Shown here piece by piece: positions 24,126 to 32,000 of a stretch of 32,000 nt of DNA. The position numbers and the translations under genes are program-made. This stretch comes from Thermincola ferriacetica. Its GTDB lineage: Bacteria > Bacillota > Thermincolia > Thermincolales > UBA2595. The stretch is taken from contig JAENZX010000002.1 of NCBI GenBank assembly GCA_016841045.1, positions 18,375-50,374 of the forward strand. The letters are read 5' to 3'. The notes beneath the pieces are model-generated. The model saw only the letters and a program-made list of their open reading frames with translations, ran no database searches and was not told the origin of the DNA. Within the stretch, counting starts at the first letter, position 1. Each line of letters begins with the position of its first letter.

Positions 24126-26093
24126 TTGGAAAGTGTAATCTCCATTGGTGTTATCTCAACGCATTCTGACCTGACATCTATGTGTCGTCAAGTTGGGGAT
24201 GCACCGGGGTATAGAATAATGCTCTATGAAGGAGCGCTGGATAGTTCACTGCCCGGGCTGGAATACTTCGAGAAAAAGGGTGTCGAAGTTGTAGTAACCA
24301 CCAGGGGCAATAATTTATTTGTTAAGGACCGTACTAAAATACCGGTTATAGCCGTACCTGAAAACAATTTTGATATTTTTGTTCCGTTGGCCAGAGTTCT
24401 GAAACAATACGGGACCAAAGCAACAATATTTTTTTACCGGGAATACCCGAAAGGCTTTTCTGAAATACCGGAAATCCTAGGCTTTGAGCCAAAGGTTAAA
24501 GTATTTCAGGATTCCAGCCATTTGGAAGGCATATTGGAAGAACTGCAGGGTAGTGATCAGGTCATTGTTGGGGGCGGTTACGTTTGCCAGGCGGCCTCTG
24601 CAGTGGGGTTTATTACAGAGCAGGTTAACCTGAGCAGAGAATCATTTGTTTCCGCGCTGGAGACTGCCAAAGAACTGGCAATGGTACGCCGCCAGGAAAG
24701 GAGAGAGTCCTTCCGGTTAAAAGCCATTTTAGACTGGGCGCATGAAGGAATAGTGGCCACAGATGAAAACGGGGTTATTACCCTGTTTAATAAGGCTGCG
24801 GAGAAGATTTTCAGTTTGACCGGTGAAGTTTTGGGGCATGGCTGTCAGGAGGTGCTCCCTGCCGCAAAACTACAGGAAGCAATTAGCACCGGAGAGGCAT
24901 CGATTGGGGAAATTATCCGGATAGGCAACGATGATGTAGCTGCCAACCGGGTTCCTATAATTAATGATGAGCAAATTTCCGGAATGGTTGCGACTTTTCA
25001 ACCGGTTAAGGCTATTCAGGAGATTGAGCAGAAAATCAGAAGAGGACTCTTGCCTGAAAAAAAGGGCACCCGTTACAGCTTTTCAGATATCAAAGGCCGC
25101 AGTCCGGCTATCCGTATTGCGGTAAAATTGGCCACCAGGTATGCTGATACTGATGAGGCTGTTCTGATTCTTGGGGAAAGCGGTACCGGCAAAGAATTAT
25201 TTGCTCAAAGCATTCATGGCGCATCGAAGCGGAAAAATAAGCCGTTCATGGCAGTTAACTGTGCGGCCATACCAGGGAATCTGTTGGAGAGCGAGTTGTT
25301 TGGCTATACCGAAGGGGCCTTTACCGGAGCTCGAAAAGGCGGCAAACCGGGGTTGTTCGAGCTGGCCCACGAGGGCAGCTTATTTTTGGACGAAATCGGT
25401 GATATGCCAATTGATACCCAGGCTAAACTATTGAGGGTAATTCAGGAGAAAGAAGTACGCCGGGTAGGCGGAGAACAGACGGTCAGGATCGATGTCCGTA
25501 TAATTGCTGCTACTCATAAAAATTTATTGGAGTGCGTTAGGTCTGGCGAGTTCAGGGAAGATTTATTTTATCGATTGGATGTCCTGCGCTTAAACACACC
25601 TTCATTGCTTGAACGTAAGGAAGATATACCTCTCCTGATAATGGAGATCTTAAACCGGATTGCTGACCTCTCCGTAAAACAAAAACGAGCCATTGTTGCA
25701 GCATTATCCCAGCGCTCAGATTATGAATGGCCGGGAAATGTCCGGGAACTGGAGAACATCGTCCGGCGGCTTGCTGTTTTAACTAATGGTCTGACTGAAC
25801 CGGAAGCAAGAGCAGTGGCCAGGCAGGCCCTTAACCGGTTCTATGGGGGTAAGGTAAGATATTTGCCACAGAATAACAGTCATCTTACCTTTCAAGTGCC
25901 GGTAGACGATAAACTAAATCAAATTATTTCAAAAGTTGAGAAGGAAGTCATCCGGCAAATGGTCCTGCTCTGCGGCGGAGACCGGAAACTGGCCGCCAAA
26001 AGGTTAGGGATCGGCCGTACTACTCTTTGGCGTAAAAGTGCTGAAGATCAAGAGGAAGATAATGCTTTTGAAATAGAACAGGGTAAGACGTAA
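24126..26093 (+). CDS. Sigma54-dependent transcriptional activator (PrpR_N-like sensor, PAS, AAA+, Fis-type HTH)
   Basis: It has Walker A GESGTGKE, the GAFTGA loop, Walker B LFLDEIGDM, a PAS segment (HEGIVATDENGVITLFNKAAEKIF) and a C-terminal HTH AAKRLGIGRTTLWRK. TTG 24126 is better spaced from GGGAG than the track's GTG 24117. Confidence 0.9.
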   Translation: MESVISIGVISTHSDLTSMCRQVGDAPGYRIMLYEGALDSSLPGLEYFEKKGVEVVVTTRGNNLFVKDRTKIPVIAVPENNFDIFVPLARVLKQYGTKATIFFYREYPKGFSEIPEILGFEPKVKVFQDSSHLEGILEELQGSDQVIVGGGYVCQAASAVGFITEQVNLSRESFVSALETAKELAMVRRQERRESFRLKAILDWAHEGIVATDENGVITLFNKAAEKIFSLTGEVLGHGCQEVLPAAKLQEAISTGEASIGEIIRIGNDDVAANRVPIINDEQISGMVATFQPVKAIQEIEQKIRRGLLPEKKGTRYSFSDIKGRSPAIRIAVKLATRYADTDEAVLILGESGTGKELFAQSIHGASKRKNKPFMAVNCAAIPGNLLESELFGYTEGAFTGARKGGKPGLFELAHEGSLFLDEIGDMPIDTQAKLLRVIQEKEVRRVGGEQTVRIDVRIIAATHKNLLECVRSGEFREDLFYRLDVLRLNTPSLLERKEDIPLLIMEILNRIADLSVKQKRAIVAALSQRSDYEWPGNVRELENIVRRLAVLTNGLTEPEARAVARQALNRFYGGKVRYLPQNNSHLTFQVPVDDKLNQIISKVEKEVIRQMVLLCGGDRKLAAKRLGIGRTTLWRKSAEDQEEDNAFEIEQGKT

Positions 26094-26115
26094 ATAAATA
26101 TGTATCTATTTTTAA

Positions 26116-26154
26116 GGCGGCAGGTATGCAAAACGGTACCTGCCGCCTTTTTTT
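26116..26154 (+). terminator. Strong rho-independent terminator after the sigma54 activator gene
   Basis: ggcggcaggta (26116-26126) pairs with tacctgccgcc (26137-26147), followed by T7. Confidence 0.85.
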
Positions 26155-26384
26155 GGCAACCGGTTGGTATGGTACGGGCAACTCATTGAACCTGCTTTGA
26201 GCTGATACTGTCGCAGCGTCGACGCCTGGTACAGAACTAAACTGTGAAGAGCTTAGCGGTCAGATAGTGATTATTATTGGTCCGAAATCTCCCTTTTTTG
26301 AATTTCCTCTTAATTCAATTCCAGCATTAGAACACTTTACTTTTAAATCTGACAAAAATGCTAATTAGTTCCATTAATGGGCTG

Positions 26385-26408
26385 ATGTGTTTATAAGATG
26401 AAACACAT
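26385..26408. promoter_or_regulatory. Candidate upstream activator site (palindrome) for the sigma54 activator
   Basis: This is a perfect inverted repeat, ATGTGTTT-N8-AAACACAT, centred about 140 bp upstream of the -24/-12 element. Confidence 0.4.
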
Positions 26409-26532
26409 TTCATGCTAGTCACGGAAGCCTTTGGTTGGAAATTTTCAGCCAAACCTTTTGGGCATGTAAAAACGTTATCTGAATACCGATATTTGTTTTT
26501 TGAGGTTCGTTAAAGGCCTTTCTGAATTTAGT

Positions 26533-26548
26533 TGGCATCAGGCTTGCT
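26533..26548 (+). promoter_or_regulatory. Sigma54 (-24/-12) promoter of the TAXI-TRAP / UbiD2 operon
   Basis: TGGCAT-caggc-TTGCT has the exact consensus GG-N10-GC spacing (consensus TGGCAC-N5-TTGCW). It lies about 155 nt upstream of ATG 26704 and next to a sigma54 activator gene. Confidence 0.75.
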
Positions 26549-26703
26549 ATTATTAATAGTTGTCATTAAAACTTAAACGAATGGGAGGTCTTCGAACAAT
26601 GGGAATGAACCATCGTATTTTTAAATCTTGAATTTAATTAATACCGAAAATTAATTATTCCTCATTCAGGAAACTGCAGTTATTTATGAAGGGAGGCTAA
26701 AAT

Positions 26704-28638
26704 ATGACTTGGCTGAGAAGAATTTTTGGTTTGTTGGAGGCTGGCTGCCACCGTAAACCTACCGGTTATTGGTGGCATATAACGGCGGGGTTAGCATTAA
26801 TTACTGCCGTTTTTGAGGCCTGGTCGTTGAGTGTTGGCAAGTTGAACCCATATATCCAAGGTGTGATATTCTTAAGTCTTATGCTGCCGATAGTCTTTGT
26901 TGCCCATGGTGTACGACCGGATAGCAAGGCAGCACCTTCAGTGGTAGATATTTTTCTGGTGGTCTCTTCATTAGCAGCTGGTTTATACATTTTTGTCAAC
27001 CGCGAATATTACCTTAACCGGTGGCCGCTGGCCAGCCAACTGACGGCGTGGGACCTGATTATTGGCGCCTTATTGATCATAATCGCTTTTGAGGCCTGCC
27101 GTCGTACTTTTGGAGCAGGTCTGACAAGTGTGGTGACCCTTATGATACTCTACGCCTTGTTCGGTCACCTTCTGCCTGGAGCGTTTTCTCATTCTTATAT
27201 CTCCTGGGAAGGCTTTATAGACCAGATAGCCTTCACCATAAACGGGATAATGGGCTCACCTGTACAGACTGCAGCGACGTATATCTTTGTTTTTGTCAGT
27301 TTTGGTCTTTTCCTCGATGCCTGCGGAGGTGGAGACTTTTTCTTCCGGCTGGCTAATGCCGCCGCTGCCAGCACAATAGGGGGGCAGGCTAAAGTTACCG
27401 CCATTGCCTGTGGGTTGTATGGAATGATTTCGGGCAGCCCTACCTCTGATACAGTAACTATAGGTTCCTTTGCAATTCCGAATTTGAAACGGGCAGGTTA
27501 TGATCCAATATATGCCGGGGCGGTAACAGCCGTTGCGGCTACCGGTGGGGCGGTAATGCCTCCTGTTATGGGAGCGGCAGCGTTTTTGATGGCTGAGCTT
27601 ACCGGAATCCCGTACATGGAAATCGTTGTTGCGGCAATCATACCGGCAATGTTCTATTACCTGGGAGTTTTGATGCAGGTTCATTTTCATACCTTAAAGT
27701 TTAATCTTCATAGCTCTACATCCGCTGAGTCCCCAACCCCTCTAAGGGAAGTCCTAAAGCAAAGTTACTACTTATTGCCCCTGGTCATTCTGGTCGTTTT
27801 TATACTAAAAGGCTTCACACCCATTTTTGCGGGTTTCATTGCCATCATCTCCACTGTATTGATTAGTTGGGCCAGAAAAGAAACCCGGATGGGTCCGCGC
27901 AAAATTTTGGATGTTGTTATCAGGAGCGGGTATGGGGTAGCCCCTCTGGCAGCAGTTACGGCCGCGGCTGGCATAGTAGTAGGTGTAATCATGATAACAG
28001 GGCTGGCAAGTAAGTTTATGGTGTTAATAACTGCTTTATCCGGTGGATTTATCCCCCTGGCCCTGGTTGTTGGCGCAGTGGTACTAATTATTTTAGGAAT
28101 GGGCATGCCTGTATCTCCGGTATATATTCTGGGGGCGGTGCTGGTTGCTCCTGTCCTAATAAATCTTGGATTCCCCCTAAAACTCAGCCACTTATTCATC
28201 GTATATTTCGCCTCTCTCTCGGCAATAACCCCGCCGGTTGCCGTAGCGGCCTATGCGGCAGGGGGGATTGCCAAAGCAGATCCTATGGCCATTGGATGGC
28301 GAGCCTGTCGTTTAGGGATTGTGGCATACCTGGTACCGTTTTTCTTTATGTTTGAACCTGCCCTGATACTGGAGGGTAACCCAACTGAAGTGGTCTGGGC
28401 CGTATTTACTGGAATTATCGGTGTTATCGCAATTTCAGCAGGGATAGAGGGATGGCTGAGAAAGAAAATGGGTACATGGGAGCGGGTTTTGGTGATTTGT
28501 GGCGCCTTACTGGCCATGTACCCAGGAATTATAACTGACATTATTGGGTTTGTTTTACTAGCTGTTGGTTTTTTCCGGCAGTTTGCCGGCCCACGTCATA
28601 TAACAATAGCTACAGGGGGTGAGAAAGTAAACGAGTGA
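26704..28638 (+). CDS. TAXI-type TRAP transporter fused permease (4TM/12TM DctQ-DctM fusion)
   Basis: This is a 644-aa polytopic protein. The size and architecture match the fused permease that partners TAXI receptors. GGGAGG lies 7 nt upstream of the ATG. Confidence 0.85.
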   Translation: MTWLRRIFGLLEAGCHRKPTGYWWHITAGLALITAVFEAWSLSVGKLNPYIQGVIFLSLMLPIVFVAHGVRPDSKAAPSVVDIFLVVSSLAAGLYIFVNREYYLNRWPLASQLTAWDLIIGALLIIIAFEACRRTFGAGLTSVVTLMILYALFGHLLPGAFSHSYISWEGFIDQIAFTINGIMGSPVQTAATYIFVFVSFGLFLDACGGGDFFFRLANAAAASTIGGQAKVTAIACGLYGMISGSPTSDTVTIGSFAIPNLKRAGYDPIYAGAVTAVAATGGAVMPPVMGAAAFLMAELTGIPYMEIVVAAIIPAMFYYLGVLMQVHFHTLKFNLHSSTSAESPTPLREVLKQSYYLLPLVILVVFILKGFTPIFAGFIAIISTVLISWARKETRMGPRKILDVVIRSGYGVAPLAAVTAAAGIVVGVIMITGLASKFMVLITALSGGFIPLALVVGAVVLIILGMGMPVSPVYILGAVLVAPVLINLGFPLKLSHLFIVYFASLSAITPPVAVAAYAAGGIAKADPMAIGWRACRLGIVAYLVPFFFMFEPALILEGNPTEVVWAVFTGIIGVIAISAGIEGWLRKKMGTWERVLVICGALLAMYPGIITDIIGFVLLAVGFFRQFAGPRHITIATGGEKVNE

Positions 28639-28673
28639 TATTTTAAAAATTATTAATGAAGGGGGAAGGGTTT

Positions 28674-29723
28674 ATGAATAAAAAGAAATTAAGCATTTTT
28701 TTGGCCTGTCTGGTACTGATACAGCTGCTAATGTTCGGTTGCAGCGGCAATGGCAGCAGTGGAGCCGGGAATACAGGCTCATCTTCAAAAGGGCAGCAAA
28801 AAGATACCTCGTCAGGAAAGGGTTTACCGCCGGTTAAAATAACTCTAGCTGGTGGTTCTGTTGGGGGCAGTTGGGCGGCTATTGGGGAAGGGATCGGAGA
28901 AGCAATTCGCAGAGTTGCCCCGGGCTCAGCCTTTGGCTACCAACCGGGACAGGATGGGGCTAATGCGATTACTGTCAATACCGGTCAGACAGAATTAGGA
29001 TTTCTGTTTAGTGTTATGGCCAAGGCGGCATATGAGGGAAATGAACCCTATAAACAAAAAATCAGTGATTTAAGGGCCATAGGGACCATGGGCCCGCTCA
29101 CTTATCAAATGATAGTTTCAGAAAAGTCGGGTATAAAAACTTACGCAGACCTGAAAACGAAGCCGGTCACCCTGGCAGTTAATACCAGGGACGGTACTAT
29201 GGAACTTGCCAGCCGTATAGTTTTGGAGGAACACGGAATTACCTATGAGGATATTGAAAAAAGAGGAGGTATAGTCCTCTACCTTCCCAGCGGCAATGCT
29301 CTGGATCTGATAAAAGACGGCCGTGCAGATGGACGAACGGGAATAACTAATGCTCCGGAGGCAAAGGTTAACGAAGCTGCAGCCACAACCAAGCTTGTAC
29401 TGGTACAGCCTGACCCCGCGGCTATTGAGAGAAGTATTAAAAGGCTGGGAGTTACACCTAAGTTAATTAAGAATGGGACTTATCCGTTCCAAACAGCTGA
29501 CATACCTAGTTTTGATGTGCCGATTACTATTGTCGCCAGTAAAACTTTACCTGACCAGGTAGCTTATACTGTTGCCAAGGCACTTGTGGAGCAGCTGCCT
29601 TATTTAAAAACAGTGGTTCCCAAACAGTTGGCAAATGATACCCCGAAAAGCATTGTACAGGCCAATATCCCCCTGCATCCTGGCGCAGAAAAATTCTACA
29701 GGGAAAAAGGCCTGATTAAATAA
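28674..29723 (+). CDS. TAXI-family TRAP solute-binding lipoprotein
   Basis: A signal peptide with lipobox LMFGC is followed by a Gly/Ser-rich linker. The TAXI-like core contains ITLAGGSVGGSWAAIGEGIGEAI...ELGF and LHPGAEKFYREKG. ATG 28674 follows a GGGGGAAGGG RBS. Confidence 0.85.
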   Translation: MNKKKLSIFLACLVLIQLLMFGCSGNGSSGAGNTGSSSKGQQKDTSSGKGLPPVKITLAGGSVGGSWAAIGEGIGEAIRRVAPGSAFGYQPGQDGANAITVNTGQTELGFLFSVMAKAAYEGNEPYKQKISDLRAIGTMGPLTYQMIVSEKSGIKTYADLKTKPVTLAVNTRDGTMELASRIVLEEHGITYEDIEKRGGIVLYLPSGNALDLIKDGRADGRTGITNAPEAKVNEAAATTKLVLVQPDPAAIERSIKRLGVTPKLIKNGTYPFQTADIPSFDVPITIVASKTLPDQVAYTVAKALVEQLPYLKTVVPKQLANDTPKSIVQANIPLHPGAEKFYREKGLIK

Positions 29724-29746
29724 AAAAAAAAAGAAAGGATGGTCTT

Positions 29747-31351
29747 ATGAAAGGGTATTATGATTTACATGAACATCTTGAAAATCTAGAAAAGAAAGGC
29801 TTACTCATTCGGGTAACCCGGGAAATCAACAAAGATACCCAGTTACACCCCCTTGTGCGCTGGCAGTATCGGGGAGGATTAAGTGATGCTGAACGCAAGG
29901 CATTTCTCTTTGAAAATGTTGTGGACAGCAAAGGTAAAAAATACTCAATTTCCGTGGCGGTGGCTGCTTTGGCAGGAAACAGGGAGATATATGCAGCCGG
30001 TTTGCAATGCTCATTGGAAGAAGTAAGGGAAAAATGGGAAAGGGCAATGGCCGGTCCTATAAAGCCTATTCTGGTGGAAAATGCACCGGTAATGGAAGAA
30101 GTCCATATGGGAGCAGAACTGCTTGCCGAAGGAGGGGGATTTGACGAATTTCCGGTACCTATCTCCACCCCCGGTTTTGACAATGCTCCCTATACAACCT
30201 GCACCCACTGGATTACGAAAGACCCGGATACCGGAATCCCTAACATCGGTAACTATAGGGGGCATATTAAGGGCCGTAACAAAATTGGCGTTTTCCCCTG
30301 CGGATTAGGTCAGGATATTTTGGTACACTGGCAAAAATGCAAGGACAGGGGAATTCCTTTGCAGGCTGCTTTGGTTGTAGGGGCTCCACCGGTAGTTTCA
30401 TATGCCGCGGTTCAAAAAGTTCCTTACGGACTGGATGAAATATCCATTGCCGGTGGGTTGGTAGGAGCCCCCATTAGAATGGCAAAGTGTAAAACAGTTG
30501 ACCTGGAAGTTCCGGCTGATGCGGAAATTGTTTTTGAAGGCATTATTCGTACTGATGTAATGGAACCTGAAGGACCCTTTGGGGAATCTCATGGCTACAT
30601 GCATCCCCGCCAGTTAAACCCCTTTATGGAAATTAGCTGTGTTACCCATAAGAAAAAACCAATCTGGGTATCCTTCATCAGCCAGGTTACTCCAAGCGAA
30701 AGCAGTGTAATTAAAAAAATCGGTTATGAGCCATTATTTACAGAGTATTTACAGAAAACACTAAGTATCAAAAGCGTTATTAAGGTATCGATGCATGAAC
30801 CTCTTACCAATTTACGTAAGGTGATTGTTATTCAGATGCGCAACCCCAAAGAAGTTGATGTTTGGCGGGCTCTGAACGCTTCCGCGATCTTTCATCAGGG
30901 TGTTGGCAAGATTATCATTGCTGTTGATGAGGATATTGACCCGGAAAACATGGATGCTGTCATGTGGGCTATGAGCTACAGGATGAAACCTCATAAGGAT
31001 GTGGATATTGTCAAAGGTTTGGTCAAGGGGCATGCTCCCCCGTTTAGCGGAGCCAGTGACAGCCAGGATGTGGCAGTACACGCTGACCCGGCCAATGAAT
31101 CTGCTCTATTGATAAATGCCGTGTTAAAGGAGCCCTTCCCACCGGTTTCACTTCCGAAAAAGGAATTTATGGAGGAAGCAAAAAAAATATGGGAAGAATT
31201 AGGACTGCCTAAAATTACTCCTGAGGCCCCCTGGTATGGATATTCCCTGGGCCAGTGGGACAGTGAACTGGAAGAAGAGGCAGAGTTGGCGCTTAAAGGG
31301 GATCACTATCTTACCGGCGAGAAGTTAGCAAAAAGACAGGTCAAAGTATAA
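29747..31351 (+). CDS. UbiD-family prFMN-dependent (de)carboxylase, paralogue 2 (534 aa)
   Basis: It has DLHEHLENLEKKGLLIRV, FLFENV, PNIGNYRG (N-x-G-x-Y-R) and PEGPFGESHGYMH (E-x4-E). It is about 44 aa longer than paralogue 1, with an extended C-terminus. Confidence 0.9.
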   Translation: MKGYYDLHEHLENLEKKGLLIRVTREINKDTQLHPLVRWQYRGGLSDAERKAFLFENVVDSKGKKYSISVAVAALAGNREIYAAGLQCSLEEVREKWERAMAGPIKPILVENAPVMEEVHMGAELLAEGGGFDEFPVPISTPGFDNAPYTTCTHWITKDPDTGIPNIGNYRGHIKGRNKIGVFPCGLGQDILVHWQKCKDRGIPLQAALVVGAPPVVSYAAVQKVPYGLDEISIAGGLVGAPIRMAKCKTVDLEVPADAEIVFEGIIRTDVMEPEGPFGESHGYMHPRQLNPFMEISCVTHKKKPIWVSFISQVTPSESSVIKKIGYEPLFTEYLQKTLSIKSVIKVSMHEPLTNLRKVIVIQMRNPKEVDVWRALNASAIFHQGVGKIIIAVDEDIDPENMDAVMWAMSYRMKPHKDVDIVKGLVKGHAPPFSGASDSQDVAVHADPANESALLINAVLKEPFPPVSLPKKEFMEEAKKIWEELGLPKITPEAPWYGYSLGQWDSELEEEAELALKGDHYLTGEKLAKRQVKV

Positions 31352-31361
31352 CTAAAAGCCT

Positions 31362-31390
31362 AAGGGCCGTCCTGCATGGACGGCCCTTTT
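31362..31390 (+). terminator. Rho-independent terminator after UbiD paralogue 2
   Basis: aagggccgtcc (31362-31372) pairs with ggacggccctt (31378-31388), with a T-run at 31387-31390. Confidence 0.7.
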
Positions 31391-31429
31391 CGACTCCGTT
31401 TTGATGTTTACCGGGAAGGTGGCTTTCTA

Positions 31430-31988
31430 ATGAACGTTAGAATGGAGGATAAACATCAAAAATCATTTAGGGAAATGGTTTTGATTACAATTGGGCACAG
31501 TTTAACTCACTGGTACCCGGCAACATTTTTTCTTTTGCTCCCCCTGATCGGAAAGGAACTGGGATTGAGCTATGGCCCAATTGGCTTTAGTTTGACTCTT
31601 CAGTACGTCGTTAGTTCACTTTTTAATCTGCCGGGGGGGAATGTTGGCGGATATTGTAGTAAAAAAAGGGCTATTTAATGGCGGAAGCTTTATTCTGGGT
31701 AGTATTCCATATTTTTTCATGAGTTTTACCAACAGTTTTTTGATGTTGCTACTGTGTGTTGCGTTGGTAGGCATGGGAAATAATTTGTGGCATCCCACTG
31801 CAATCTCCACATTATCACGACAATACCCTAAACAAAAGGGATTCGTACTTTCCATCCATGCAATGCGGGCAAACATCGGGGATGCTGTAGCGCCATTAAC
31901 CATCGGTGTTTTGTTAGGGTTTCTCAGTTGGAAGCAGGTGGTTGTTTGGAATGTGATTCCAGGAGTGGCTCAGCCTTCCGGTCAATGA
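31430..31988 (+). pseudogene. MFS transporter gene interrupted by a +1 frameshift in a G7 run (possibly also truncated)
   Basis: ORF 31430-31678 ends ...LFNLPGGNVGG..*, and ORF 31641-31988 starts MLADIVVKKGL. Deleting one G from GGGGGGG (31633-31639) gives LPGGMLADIVVKKG, an MFS motif-A-like loop. The stop at 31986-31988 comes after only about 186 codons. Confidence 0.6.
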
Positions 31989-32000
31989 CCCAAAATGCAG

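Noticed and set aside
26599-26631. 10-codon ORF (MGMNHRIFKS) in the 5' UTR of the TRAP operon, preceded by GGGAGG.
   Set aside because: It is too short to assess and there is no conservation information. It could be a leader peptide, but nothing in the sequence supports attenuation.
27195-28541. Long antisense ORFs inside the TRAP permease gene (27256-27690, 27768-28199 and 28251-28541, all on the minus strand).
   Set aside because: These are shadow ORFs opposite a strongly supported membrane-protein gene. They give Arg/Pro/Thr-rich translations with no RBS.
1-32000. Scan for CRISPR arrays, tRNA/rRNA genes and transposase or integrase genes.
   Set aside because: No regularly spaced direct repeats, no tRNA-like T-arm or acceptor patterns, and no recombinase-like ORFs were seen. 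The mobile-looking elements present are all non-autonomous repeats.

Overview
This window looks like it comes from a Gram-positive, spore-forming anaerobe. Gene content and synteny suggest Peptococcaceae/Desulfotomaculum, but that placement is inference only.

**1-10 kb (housekeeping).** This block holds the pstB 3' end, phoU, an orphan HlyD-like adaptor and the distal dcw/ylm cluster (ylmE/yggS, sepF, proC, yggT, ylmH, divIVA, DUF167). ileS follows behind an Ile (AUC) T-box leader. Between DUF167 and the ileS promoter lies an unclassified ornate hairpin of about 300 nt. It has a long interrupted stalk and a GC-rich multi-hairpin tip, and I could not match it to any RNA class I know.

**10-17.7 kb (mixed accessory).** Genes here are a Cys-rich mini-protein, a Lys-tailed alpha/beta-type SASP, a CBS-PAS protein, a translationally coupled M20 amidohydrolase + ThiF/MoeB-like E1, a GxxExxY (PD-(D/E)XK) protein and an ABC-F ATPase. 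They are embedded in a family of MITE-like 'AAAGATTRAACCGCAGAGG' repeats, followed by a 1.3-kb ORF-free stretch.

**17.7-32 kb (aromatic-acid island, two modules).**
- Module 1 is IclR, a UbiD-family enzyme (490 aa), a BenE-type transporter, UbiX and a benzoate-CoA-ligase-family enzyme.
- Module 2 is a PrpR_N-PAS-AAA+ sigma54 activator, a clean -24/-12 promoter, a TAXI-TRAP fused permease, a TAXI binding lipoprotein and a second UbiD-family enzyme (534 aa).
- A frameshifted MFS gene follows module 2.

The substrate is unknown. A phthalate-isomer or hydroxybenzoate to benzoyl-CoA funnel is a hypothesis only.

No tRNA, rRNA or CRISPR array was seen.
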